The notes under the pieces were generated by a model. It saw only the letters and a list, made by a program, of their open reading frames with translations. It ran no database searches and was not told the origin of the DNA. This document shows positions 34,923 to 43,992 of a stretch of DNA of 64,000 nucleotides, one piece after another. The stretch comes from an uncultured Candidatus Saccharibacteria bacterium (lineage in GTDB: Bacteria > Patescibacteriota > Doudnabacteria > UBA920). Position numbers and translations under genes: made by a program. The stretch spans positions 5,477-69,476 of the forward strand of contig CAZTCH010000006.1 of assembly GCA_964612745.1 (NCBI GenBank), in the 5' to 3' direction. Positions within the stretch are counted from its first letter, which is position 1; each line of letters opens with the position of its first letter.

Positions 34923-35753
34923 ATGAAGCAAAATTTGTTTAAAATCTCTGTCCGAAATTGTGTGCGTGGGCTGTTGCTCGTGCGTTACCCGCAGATTAGG
35001 ACTGCAGCCAGAGACATCGTTCGGAATTTTTGGAACGGGTATTACACGCAAGAGTTCGCGTCGGTAGCAGTGCTCTACGACGTTACGTTGCCAATAGATG
35101 CTCGGATTCCATTTCGACCGCGGATGGTTTGGGTGTATATGGGGTTTTTATTTCCGCTGTTAGCGGTCTGTGGGCATGCGTTTGCGAAACGGGGACGACA
35201 CGCACTGCCATATATAGAAAAGCTGTTGCGAGGATTCGGGTCACTCTACGCCGATGCAGGATATGTCTACGGGAAAGCACAGACTACGTTTGTGCGTACG
35301 GGCGGGGATCGGGTTGTGTCAGTGCTGCGCTTGATCGATAAAGAGCGTAATTCTGCACCAAGTCTGCATGTTGCCGTGGCGCTCTATACCTACAGCGCCG
35401 GACTCGCGTTGTTCCAAGCGCTTGAACTGACCGATGTGGCGCACGCGCGGGGAGTGTTGGAGCGTGTTGCGGTGCGGATTATTGAATCTACTTTGCTCAT
35501 TAAACAACATTGTGTGCAAGACGTGGGTACTGCATGGGCGTTGGTGGAGTTGCAGCAGGTGTCCGCTCCAGAAGATATGGCGCACATTGTACAAAGTTTG
35601 TTTCTGCAAAAAAGGCACGGAGTACCCGTGGGCGATGTACCCAAAGTACACGCAGAGATACTGCGCGTGCATAGATTGGTTCATGCTTCACCTGCGCGTT
35701 CACTCGAAAGTATTGTTTCGTATATTTTGACGTTACCTCGCAAGAATATGTAG
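34923..35753 (+). CDS. Hypothetical protein (276 aa), possibly membrane-associated, with weak PAP2-like hints.
   Basis: No convincing motif. NSAPSLHVAVA resembles the PAP2 SGH motif only loosely. Confidence 0.55.
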   Translation: MKQNLFKISVRNCVRGLLLVRYPQIRTAARDIVRNFWNGYYTQEFASVAVLYDVTLPIDARIPFRPRMVWVYMGFLFPLLAVCGHAFAKRGRHALPYIEKLLRGFGSLYADAGYVYGKAQTTFVRTGGDRVVSVLRLIDKERNSAPSLHVAVALYTYSAGLALFQALELTDVAHARGVLERVAVRIIESTLLIKQHCVQDVGTAWALVELQQVSAPEDMAHIVQSLFLQKRHGVPVGDVPKVHAEILRVHRLVHASPARSLESIVSYILTLPRKNM

Positions 35754-35847
35754 TAGAAAATAAGTGCGGAGAGTAAATTTCCTTTCATAAAATAGTTCAG
35801 AACAGCTTTTCTGTCTGTGTAAACACCAGAGGACTTGATTACCCAGA

Positions 35848-36420
35848 TAAACCCCCAGCTTTAGCTGGGGTGTGCATTTAAAAGCGTAGCTCTTGTCATA
35901 TACTAAAATCACCCACCTTTGGGTAGAAAGGGGGTGATTTTCGCAATGGTCCAAAGTCGTAAATTGTACCAACTTGAACATTGCACGTACCGATGTTTTT
36001 ACCACGTGGTGTAGACGCCGCGCCACCGCAGGCCCCGGTACTGCAAGACAAGTATATCAAAGCAGAGCTAAAAAGGATATTTAGAGCAATCTGCAAGTGG
36101 AAAGGGTGGGAAATATCTGCGTGGCACATTGGAGATGAACATATCCATCTGTACATTGGTATTCCACCAAAGTTTTCCATCAGTTACAGTCTTGCAGTTC
36201 TGAAAGGTAAGTCTTCTGCATGGATTAAGAAAAAGACGAAACAGTTTCCCGCTGGTCCTTTGTGGGCAAGGGGATACTTTGTGTCTACAGTTGGTATTGA
36301 TGAGGTAATCGTAAAACGATATGTCCAAAATCAACAGCACTATCAAGTAGAACCGCATAAGCTGTTTTAGTCTGCGTAGCAGGTACAGACAAAAGCCACC
36401 AGCATACGCTGGTGGCTAGT
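35848..36420. mobile_element. IS200/IS605-family element (tnpA only) with subterminal hairpins.
   Basis: A Y1/HuH transposase ORF flanked by hairpins (ACCCCCAGCTTTAGCTGGGGTG at the left, GCCACCAGCATACGCTGGTGGC at the right). Confidence 0.6.
35945..36370 (+). pseudogene. tnpA: IS200-family transposase TnpA, frameshifted near codon 17.
   Basis: The N-terminal MVQSRKLYQLEHCTYRCFYHVV* lies in one frame. The HuH motif HIHLYIGIPPKFSISYSLAVLKGKSSAWI...RGYFVSTVGIDE lies in another frame. Confidence 0.7.
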
Positions 36421-36479
36421 TTACTTTTTATGCAGCTGGTCGTCGCCCATATCCGTGGCTTGTGTGGTATAGTTAGCCA

Positions 36480-36815
36480 ATGAATACTCGAAAAAAGTTT
36501 GGCTTGCTGAGTGGTCTTGTGGTTGGTATTTTCGTTTTTTCGGTGCTCACCGTACAGGTGTACGCGAGATGGTCCAAGCAGTACACGTTTGGTCGTGTGA
36601 CAAAGACGCATGACTCTGAGTTGGTACTGGAAATACCAACAGTCGGGTATGTACCTGTTCGTATTTCAGAGCGGACAGCTATGCGCCGTGGTGGGGCAGA
36701 GGTTCCACTCGCTGAACTCATGCACGAGACTGTAATGGTAGCAGGGGTTACAGGAGTAGATGGGGTACTAGAAGCAAAAGTGGTGCGCGTGGTGAAGCCA
36801 AAGGCGCTACGATAA
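36480..36815 (+). CDS. Hypothetical protein with a signal peptide or TM anchor (111 aa).
   Basis: An ORF with an N-terminal hydrophobic helix. Confidence 0.55.
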   Translation: MNTRKKFGLLSGLVVGIFVFSVLTVQVYARWSKQYTFGRVTKTHDSELVLEIPTVGYVPVRISERTAMRRGGAEVPLAELMHETVMVAGVTGVDGVLEAKVVRVVKPKALR

Positions 36816-37390
36816 TGAAGCACTTTCTCATTCGCTATGCTCCCCGTACGGTATTTGTACTGTTTTTACTTGGGTTTGCTTCACTGTTTTATTTTTCTTC
36901 TCCCGACAGTATTATTGCGTACTTAGGAGTCGAAAATGCATATGTCGTTATTTTTATTCTGGCGGTAATTGGTGGGTTGTCTACCTTTAGTGGAGTGCCG
37001 TACCATCTGGTACTGGTGACTTTGGCTACTGGTGGTGCAAGCCCCGTTTGGCTTGGGCTCTGTGCGGCGGTGGGGGTAATGCTGGGTGATGCGACATCGT
37101 ATTTCATTGGGTATTCGGGCAGAGAAATAATCCCAGTGAAAATTCAAAAGTGGTTGAACTCATTTTATGCGTACGGTGCTCGGTATCCGAGATTGATGCC
37201 GCTCGCATTTTTTGTGTACGGGTCAGTGTCGCCATTTTCGAATGATTTTATTGTGATATCTGCAGGGCTTGCTAAGTATCCCTTTTGGAAGGTAATGCTC
37301 CCTCTTGCGCTCGGAAATGTCGTATTTAATATTGGGCTTGCGTACTTCGCAGGCTCGGTCTATGGTGTGCTCCAAGGTTGGATTTTGTAA
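36815..37390 (+). CDS. DedA/TVP38-family membrane protein.
   Basis: The VTT-domain motif MLGDATSYFIGYSGRE. Confidence 0.85.
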   Translation: MKHFLIRYAPRTVFVLFLLGFASLFYFSSPDSIIAYLGVENAYVVIFILAVIGGLSTFSGVPYHLVLVTLATGGASPVWLGLCAAVGVMLGDATSYFIGYSGREIIPVKIQKWLNSFYAYGARYPRLMPLAFFVYGSVSPFSNDFIVISAGLAKYPFWKVMLPLALGNVVFNIGLAYFAGSVYGVLQGWIL

Positions 37391-37438
37391 GCCGGTGTAG
37401 TATAGTGGACAGGAGGGATGTTCTGTTTGTAACAACGA

Positions 37439-37822
37439 GTGAGAATGCCAAAGAAAAATAATGTTATTGCTGCCTATATAGAACAGTTTCCGCTGCCCAT
37501 ACAAAGCAAGTTACAAGAAATGTACGAGCTCATTGCGCGAGTTGCACCCCAGACAGAAGAAAAGCTGGCGTACGGCATGCCAACGTTTACCCTACAGGGG
37601 AAAAACCTTGTACACTTTGCAGCTGCGAAAAAGCATGTAGGTTTTTATCCTGCGCCTTCGGGGATTCGTGCGTTTGAGTCCGAGCTGGCCGCTTATGTTA
37701 CCTCGAAAGGTGCGGTGCAGTTTCCGTACACGGCAAAGCTTCCTCGGACATTGCTTGCAAAGATTGTTCGATTTCGGATTGCAGAAGAGCAGGCACGCGC
37801 AAAGCAGATTTCAAAAAAATAG
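37439..37822 (+). CDS. DUF1801 (YdhG-like) domain protein.
   Basis: IAAYIEQFPLPIQSKL...LAYGMPTFTLQGKNLVHFAAAKKHVGFY. Confidence 0.7.
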   Translation: MRMPKKNNVIAAYIEQFPLPIQSKLQEMYELIARVAPQTEEKLAYGMPTFTLQGKNLVHFAAAKKHVGFYPAPSGIRAFESELAAYVTSKGAVQFPYTAKLPRTLLAKIVRFRIAEEQARAKQISKK

Positions 37823-37834
37823 TAAGCAGACACT

Positions 37835-38122
37835 ATGAAACAATGTATTATAGATGTGCGTGAACCAGCAGAGTTTGCGCTTGACCATGTAGCAGGAGCA
37901 CTCAATATTCCATCGAGTAGTTTACTCGTTGGAGCGCCAGAGCTGTCGACTGTGCCGAAGGATGCTGAGCTGGTAGTGTACTGTAAAACTGGTACTCGTT
38001 CTGCTTTGGCTATTGCGTTGTTTCGTGCGCTCGGGTACGAAAACGTTGTGAATGGCATAAACAAAGAGCAAGTACGGGCGCGGTTGGCTTCTGGTGAAAA
38101 AACGGGAAATACGGTAGACTAG
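37835..38122 (+). CDS. Single-domain rhodanese-like sulfurtransferase.
   Basis: IDVREPAEF...VVYCKTGTRSA, including the active-site Cys loop. Confidence 0.85.
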   Translation: MKQCIIDVREPAEFALDHVAGALNIPSSSLLVGAPELSTVPKDAELVVYCKTGTRSALAIALFRALGYENVVNGINKEQVRARLASGEKTGNTVD

Positions 38123-38146
38123 GAGCACAAGTAAGTCTTTTACAAT

Positions 38147-38482
38147 ATGGAAGCAGAACAAAGCGTACAAAAGGAAGTGCTGAGGCCGGGGACAGGAGAA
38201 GTAGCGAAAGCGGGTGATACCGTATTTGTGCATTACACAGGAAAACTAGAAGATGGGAGCGTATTTGACTCGAGCGTGACTCGGGGTGCACCATTTTCCT
38301 TCGTGCTTGGCTCGGGCATGGTCATTCAGGGTTGGGACATGGGCGTTGCAGGTATGCAGGTTGGTGAAAAAGTATTGCTCACTATTCCGCCAGAGCTCGG
38401 ATATGGCCCTATGGGTTACCCGCCGGTCATTCCACCAAGCGCCACGTTGGTATTCGAAATAGAACTGCTCCGCATTGGGTAG
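38147..38482 (+). CDS. FKBP-type peptidyl-prolyl cis-trans isomerase.
   Basis: [16 protein letters not shown]...[16 protein letters not shown]...[10 protein letters not shown]. Confidence 0.9.
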   Translation: MEAEQSVQKEVLRPGTGEVAKAGDTVFVHYTGKLEDGSVFDSSVTRGAPFSFVLGSGMVIQGWDMGVAGMQVGEKVLLTIPPELGYGPMGYPPVIPPSATLVFEIELLRIG

Positions 38483-38529
38483 CATGGTTCGTATGTATAC
38501 AAAAACACTTTCATGCGTGAAAGTGTTTT

Positions 38530-39243
38530 TTATCTCGCCAGTTTGTACCACCGCGCGAGTGTGTGGGGTGAGGTGCCTAACATGTACAGGGTTTGGAGTA
38601 GCATCCACAGCGCGAGGGTTTTGAGGAATGCCTGCTCGAACCGTCTGCTCGCTGTGTACGCAATATCATGTAGACGCACTCGCGTGCCGTAGTGCTTGAG
38701 TCGTTGGTAAAATTCGAGGTCTTCGAACAAAGGGGTTTCAGTAAAGCCATGCATGGCGTGAAATGTATCAGCTCGCACAAAAAAAGCTGAGTCACCGTAG
38801 GCAATGCCGAGGTAATGGAGGAGTGCGTATAGGTGTGTTACTATGCGCGCAGCCACCGATGTACCCAAAAAGCGTAACCGAAAGTTGCCGCCACACATGT
38901 CATTTATTTTGCATGCTTCAACAATGCTCTCATATGCGTGTGGGGGAAGAATAGTGTCGGCGTGTAGAAATAAAAAAACATCACCACTTGCTCGTGCTGC
39001 GCCAAGATTGAGTTGTACGCCTCTGCTGCGCGGACCGTGCAGTACTATGCAGCCTGCCTGTTTTGCCATGGCGACAGTAGTGTCTGTGCTTCCTGCGTCT
39101 ACTACGATAATCTCGCATGGAGTGTGCAGTGCTTGGAGTGAGGCAAGCGTTTGGGGGAGTACTGTGGCTTCCTGCAGTGTGGGAATAATCACCGAGAGTT
39201 TAACCTTGGCTTTTGAGCTGGGCATAGACTTGGATGAGCACAT
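38530..39243 (-). CDS. Family-2 glycosyltransferase.
   Basis: LSVIIPTLQEA...IIVVDAGSTDTT...LFLHADTIL (GT-A DxD region). Confidence 0.85.
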   Translation of the reverse strand: MCSSKSMPSSKAKVKLSVIIPTLQEATVLPQTLASLQALHTPCEIIVVDAGSTDTTVAMAKQAGCIVLHGPRSRGVQLNLGAARASGDVFLFLHADTILPPHAYESIVEACKINDMCGGNFRLRFLGTSVAARIVTHLYALLHYLGIAYGDSAFFVRADTFHAMHGFTETPLFEDLEFYQRLKHYGTRVRLHDIAYTASRRFEQAFLKTLALWMLLQTLYMLGTSPHTLARWYKLAR

Positions 39244-39604
39244 CTAAAAACTTTTCGCTGGTTGGAGATCCTGGGGTGGTGCTTGCGAATGCGTGCAATG
39301 CGGAACTAAACTCTGTGAGTAATGGTTCTGTCTGTATAGAGGTGAAGTCCATTGGCGTTTGGGCTGGGTTTTGGCTGGCGAGTGATGTGACCAGTGAGTT
39401 CCACAAGAGTCCAGAGCCTGCAAGAGTGCCAAATGCTTCTGTAATTGTGTGTGCTGCATTGACCCAAATTGGGCTGGGGTTATTTTGTGCGAGAGCTTCT
39501 GCGGCAGTCTGGCACAGAATGGCTTCTGCTTTGGCTTTGGCGTAGAGTTCTAGTCTTTCTGCTTGGGTGTGAGGCGAAGCGGGTGTGGTTATGTGTGTAT
39601 TCAT
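39200..39604 (-). CDS. Hypothetical protein (134 aa).
   Basis: ORF only. It overlaps the GT2 start by about 40 nt. Confidence 0.4.
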   Translation of the reverse strand: MNTHITTPASPHTQAERLELYAKAKAEAILCQTAAEALAQNNPSPIWVNAAHTITEAFGTLAGSGLLWNSLVTSLASQNPAQTPMDFTSIQTEPLLTEFSSALHAFASTTPGSPTSEKFLDVLIQVYAQLKSQG

Positions 39605-39658
39605 AGAGCGGTGGTACTACATAAAAACCCCTGCGACATTGCAGGGGTGTGGAAAGAG

Positions 39659-40486
39659 TTATTCTCCAAGTATTACTACAATGTCTGTACTCGGCAGGCT
39701 TTCGTCTTTGGGTAAGCTGCCAACAACTTCACCACCGAGTAGTTGGGCAAGGGTTTCGGCGAGCGGAGCAGCTTCGGGGTGCAGTGAGAAAACAATTGTT
39801 TTGGAATATTCTTGGTTTGCTGCGTTGCCTATGCCTTCTACGCGGAATGATTTATTTTTGGTGATGATGTCAGAAGTTTTTTTGGCAAGCCCAGCTACTG
39901 CGGTGCCGTTGCGGATTTCTACACTTGCGGTGACCGCTTCTGTTTCGGTTGGGGTAGGGGCTGTGGCAGTAAGAGAAATAGAGCTGTTGGTAGTAGTTAA
40001 TTCTGCTGAGTTAACCAGTAGTTCTCTGGTAGGACTATAGAGAAATACTTTGTTCGCAGCACTGTAGACCAGTAGCTTGTCGCCCTCGAGTGCGCCCAAA
40101 AAGAACGCGTCTTTCACTGCGAGCGCTGCAGGGTTGGTTATGGTTTCTATGGTAGGGGTTCCGGAAGGGAGGGCTGCCGTTTTGGCCACTGCTTCAATGA
40201 GCAGCTCCTCTGTGGTCTTTTCAATAACAGTATTAGTAGCGGTTGGTGTATTTTCCAGAGGGTTCTTCTGCATGCCCCAGAAGTAATAAGCCCCACCACC
40301 CAAGGCTATGAGCAAGAGCAAGGTAATAAAAATCTTACCTGTTGGTTTGCTGCCGCCCTTGTATCGTGCCGGCATGTCTGACAAAATACCACCTTCGCTT
40401 CTGAGACTGTCCATGTCGTCAGTCTTTCGCGCAGAGACGGTAGTACGCCGTTTTGGCAGTTTAGTTGTTTGTTCGTTTTGTTCCAT
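39659..40486 (-). CDS. Membrane-anchored protein with a LytR_C-like C-terminal domain.
   Basis: An N-terminal TM helix and a C-terminal ...EIRNGTAVAGLA...DIVVILGE characteristic of the LytR/CpsA/Psr C-terminal domain. Confidence 0.65.
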   Translation of the reverse strand: MEQNEQTTKLPKRRTTVSARKTDDMDSLRSEGGILSDMPARYKGGSKPTGKIFITLLLLIALGGGAYYFWGMQKNPLENTPTATNTVIEKTTEELLIEAVAKTAALPSGTPTIETITNPAALAVKDAFFLGALEGDKLLVYSAANKVFLYSPTRELLVNSAELTTTNSSISLTATAPTPTETEAVTASVEIRNGTAVAGLAKKTSDIITKNKSFRVEGIGNAANQEYSKTIVFSLHPEAAPLAETLAQLLGGEVVGSLPKDESLPSTDIVVILGE

Positions 40487-40559
40487 AAGATATAGTAAAT
40501 AGTTGCTTCTATATTATTGCACACTGAGTAAAAACTGCAATCATTTTTTCTATTTTTGC

Positions 40560-40980
40560 GCAGTTTTAAAAAGATAAGCTTATTTAAGATAAATATTTAT
40601 ATTGCAAATTACGCATTACGAATTGCGAATTACGAATTACGCATTACGAATTACGAATTACGCATTTGTATTGCTAATTCTTCTTATTCTTCTAACTCTT
40701 CTCTCTCTTCTATCTCTTCTGCTTCTTCTTCTTCTGATTTTTGATTTGTTTTGCTACTCCCTACCCTTCGGCCGTGAGCTCAGGGTCGAACGACACCCTA
40801 ACTCCTAGCTCCTACAACCTAATTCCTAACCCGCTACAATACAGACACACAATGGCCATACAAACATACGAGCATATAAACATCTAAACAATAAGGCGCT
40901 TTGTTGCTTATATGTTTAAATGATTAAATGTTTACATGTTTAGATGTTTTCATGTTTAAATGCTTACATGCTTTACTGAT
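40560..40980. repeat. Large repeat-rich intergenic region with four parts: tandem ACGAATT/ACGCATT heptamers (40605-40665), TTCTTCT-type hexamer tracts (40678-40745), the conserved hairpin module (40752-40830, an inverted copy of 3265-3340), and tandem 11-mers ATGTTTAAATG (40905-40975).
   Basis: All four parts are visible directly in the sequence. Confidence 0.6.
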
Positions 40981-41090
40981 TCCTAATTCCTTCTTACTAC
41001 CCTCTACCCTCTACTCTCCCCGCACTGTGCGGGGTCCCGATGCTGCATCGGGGCTACCCTCTTCTCTCCCCATTTGCTACTATAGTAGTA

Positions 41091-41381
41091 ATGAAACGAC
41101 TTATACAATTGCTCGAGGATACAGATTTAGCAGGCTTGGCGTCTCGCAGTCACCTGCGATTAGGAAAGGAAATGGCAGATGCAGGGGCGATAGAGCAGGT
41201 GCAGTCTGGCCCATTTATTGCCCAAGCGGTGGTAGCTTTCCGTAACGCTCAGAACCGGACAGTTCGGTTCGATGCAACGCCGAAAGGATTACGCTTTAAG
41301 TGCAGTTGTTCTGCGAGGAAAAATAATTTTTGCAGTCATTTAGTTGCAGTAGCTTTGGTTTTGCGTACACGCGCAGAGTAA
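41091..41381 (+). CDS. SWIM zinc-finger protein.
   Basis: FKCSCSARKNNFCSHLVAV is a CxCx(n)CxH SWIM motif. Confidence 0.7.
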   Translation: MKRLIQLLEDTDLAGLASRSHLRLGKEMADAGAIEQVQSGPFIAQAVVAFRNAQNRTVRFDATPKGLRFKCSCSARKNNFCSHLVAVALVLRTRAE

Positions 41382-41397
41382 AGTACTGCAGAGTGAG

Positions 41398-42138
41398 GTG
41401 TGTATGAACACGCAAAAAAGTGAGCAGGTACGTACAGTGACCGGTGTGGTGCAACAACTGGTCTATAGTAGGATTTTGCTGCGGTTAACTTCTGGCCAAA
41501 TTGTAGATGTTGATACTGCCCAAGCAGTCTTGTATCGCAAAAATGGTTTACCCATGGTGTTTACCGATATTGCAGTGGGTAACCGAGTGCAAGTCGGTGG
41601 GCAAGTCTGGTCAGATGGCAGTATGACTGCGCACAAGGTGCGAAACTTGAGTCTGTATCCACATGCAGGTACATTTGCTGGAAAAGTAGTTGCGGTGGAT
41701 GTGGCTGGTCGGATGTGCACGATACGTAGTGCGCTCTATGGAGAACAGCGTATTTTGTTCACCGCAGATACCGCACTAACGGTAAAAGGGCGTGAATCTG
41801 TGTTGGGAGTGGTAGAAGTAGGGATGAGCGCTGTGGTGCGAGGCGTGTGGGAACAAACCCGTGCGCAGGTAATCGCTCGAAGCGTACGAATTACGTATCG
41901 ACTGTTGAACATCGACATTACTGGCGAAGTCGTCAGTCAGGTGGAATCTGACTGTACGGTTGTGGTTGGTACGGCGATATATGCGGTGCACACTGCTGGG
42001 ACAGTGTTTCGGGGGTTGGCCGAAGGGGTAACCGCGGCACAATTAGTAGGGCGAATGGTGCGGGTGGTGGGCAAGCATATTGCAGAGTCATTGTCTGTCA
42101 CTGCGGTGCGGGTGACTGTGTTGTCCGCGCGTCTATAA
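41398..42138 (+). CDS. Hypothetical protein built from about three repeated beta-rich modules (tentatively DUF5666-like).
   Basis: An internal periodicity: VTGVVQQL..., FAGKVVAVDV... and ITGEVVSQVE.... Confidence 0.55.
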   Translation: MCMNTQKSEQVRTVTGVVQQLVYSRILLRLTSGQIVDVDTAQAVLYRKNGLPMVFTDIAVGNRVQVGGQVWSDGSMTAHKVRNLSLYPHAGTFAGKVVAVDVAGRMCTIRSALYGEQRILFTADTALTVKGRESVLGVVEVGMSAVVRGVWEQTRAQVIARSVRITYRLLNIDITGEVVSQVESDCTVVVGTAIYAVHTAGTVFRGLAEGVTAAQLVGRMVRVVGKHIAESLSVTAVRVTVLSARL

Positions 42139-42177
42139 CAACCCAAGCATGGTACACTTATAGAAGAGAGTTGTGGC

Positions 42178-43980
42178 ATGAAAAAACAAAACAAACTACA
42201 ATATTCTGCTGGGTTTAGCTTAATCGAGATTTTAGTCAGCGTCACTATTTTTACCATCTTAACCGTTGGTGTTTTTGGTGCAGTTTCTGTGTTGCAGAAA
42301 AGTGTGAAGGCGGCTCGAGAAAAAACAATTTTGTCTAGTTTGGTTTCTTCTGATTTAGAGATTGTGAGAAACCTACCGTATGTAGAAGTGGGGACGGTAC
42401 AAGGAAACCCGAGTGGGGCGTTGCCAGACGCAGCAAACCCTCGCACGGCAACTGTAGAGGGTAGAACGTTTTCAATATATTACGAAGTAACCTATCGGGA
42501 TGACCCTGCTGATGGAACCTTGCTTGCGGGCACCGACGCGAGCGCTGCTGATTACAAGCAGGTCAAAATGTTCATTCGCAATGAGCAAACGAGTCAAGTG
42601 ACGACTATTTTAACTACTGTTGCTCCAAAAGGATTAGAGGGTACTCAAAGCGCTGGAGCATTATCTATTCGCGTGCTTAATGCACAAGGTCAGGCGGTTT
42701 CGGGGGCTCGGGTGCAGATAACCAATTCGGTTTTGAATCCAACAATTTCTTTGGATAGAACGACGGATAGCACGGGAAATTGGATTGAGGTGGGGCTGCC
42801 AGCGAGCGTGAATGGGTATCATGTAGTAGTGAGTAAGAATGGGTACTCTACTGACGAAACTTACCCTGTTACTCTGCAAAGGCCGAATCCCCTAAAACCA
42901 GATGCTACCGTGCTGGTCGGGCAAGTAACGCAAATTACTTTTGGAATAGATTTACTAGCGAACTTAACTATTCGCACGTTGGATCAAAAGTGCCAAAATT
43001 TGAACGCAATCAACGTTAACGTTTCTGGCGCGAAACTTTTAAGCACTAATCGAGGTGATTTTAAGTTTAATCAAGACCTTACTTCTGTCGCTGGCCAGAT
43101 TATTCTGACTGACATTGAATGGGATACATATACTCCGGTATTGTTGACTGGTCAAAGTGTTATGGTCTATGGTACATCTCCAATTCAACAAATTGATGTA
43201 CTCCCGGGGACATCGCAAACTTTCACAATAATTTTGGGGACTGAAAGCGCGCACAGTTTATTGGTTATTGTAAAAGATGCGGCAACCGGAGCGGCGTTAG
43301 AAGGAGCGCAGGTGCATTTGCAAAAAGGGGGTAGTACTCCGCAGGATTACTACGGAATTACAGGCGGTAGCGTGCTCGTCCAGTCAGATTGGACCGGTGG
43401 TGCGGGACAAATAGATTTTACGGATAGCACACAATATTTTACTGATAATGGTTCGGTGGACTCAGTGAGCAACCCAACTGGGTTAAAGCTTCGGAAAACT
43501 GCTGGTGACTACGCATTGTCTGGGTGGGTGGAGTCTTCCACGTTTGATACGGGGAGTGATGAAACGGACTTTACCACCATAACGTTTGCACCGGCTTCTC
43601 AAGACCCTTCAACAACACTGCAGTTTCAACTTGCAGCCAATAACGACAACGCAACATGGGACTATGTTGGGCCAGATGGAACAAGTGCGACCTACTACAC
43701 TATTTCTGGGAGTAACATCAGTAGTGTGCTAGATGGGAATCGGTACGCACGGTATAAGGTATTTCTCAACACAACAGATACCAAGCAAACCCCCGTGCTC
43801 ACTTCGGTGAGTCTGAACTATGTTTCTGGCTGCTTTAGCCCGGGGCAAAGCGTTTTCACTTCCCTCACACAGGGGAATAACTATTCACTGGAAGTGACGC
43901 TGGTTGGGTACCAAACGTATACTGCTTCGAGTATGGATATAAATGGTAACCAAACTTTAGAAGTATTGCTCAGTCAATAA
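42178..43980 (+). CDS. Large protein (600 aa) with a prepilin-type N-terminal cleavage/methylation domain (type IV pilin/pseudopilin-like).
   Basis: N-terminal ...KLQYSAGFSLIEILVSVTIFTIL (class III signal followed by a hydrophobic helix). A CarboxypepD_reg-like beta segment lies in the middle. Confidence 0.8.
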   Translation: MKKQNKLQYSAGFSLIEILVSVTIFTILTVGVFGAVSVLQKSVKAAREKTILSSLVSSDLEIVRNLPYVEVGTVQGNPSGALPDAANPRTATVEGRTFSIYYEVTYRDDPADGTLLAGTDASAADYKQVKMFIRNEQTSQVTTILTTVAPKGLEGTQSAGALSIRVLNAQGQAVSGARVQITNSVLNPTISLDRTTDSTGNWIEVGLPASVNGYHVVVSKNGYSTDETYPVTLQRPNPLKPDATVLVGQVTQITFGIDLLANLTIRTLDQKCQNLNAINVNVSGAKLLSTNRGDFKFNQDLTSVAGQIILTDIEWDTYTPVLLTGQSVMVYGTSPIQQIDVLPGTSQTFTIILGTESAHSLLVIVKDAATGAALEGAQVHLQKGGSTPQDYYGITGGSVLVQSDWTGGAGQIDFTDSTQYFTDNGSVDSVSNPTGLKLRKTAGDYALSGWVESSTFDTGSDETDFTTITFAPASQDPSTTLQFQLAANNDNATWDYVGPDGTSATYYTISGSNISSVLDGNRYARYKVFLNTTDTKQTPVLTSVSLNYVSGCFSPGQSVFTSLTQGNNYSLEVTLVGYQTYTASSMDINGNQTLEVLLSQ

Positions 43981-43992
43981 AGAGCTACGCAG

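Noticed and set aside
37390-37440. tRNA-like start GCCGGTGTAGTATAGTGGAC.
   Set aside because: There is no T-arm (GTTCRANYC) and no acceptor pairing, so it does not fold as a tRNA.
40600-40760. Tandem short repeats as a CRISPR array, and the same question at 12500-12760.
   Set aside because: The units are 6-8 nt microsatellite-like, not 25-40-nt repeats separated by unique spacers. No cas genes are present.
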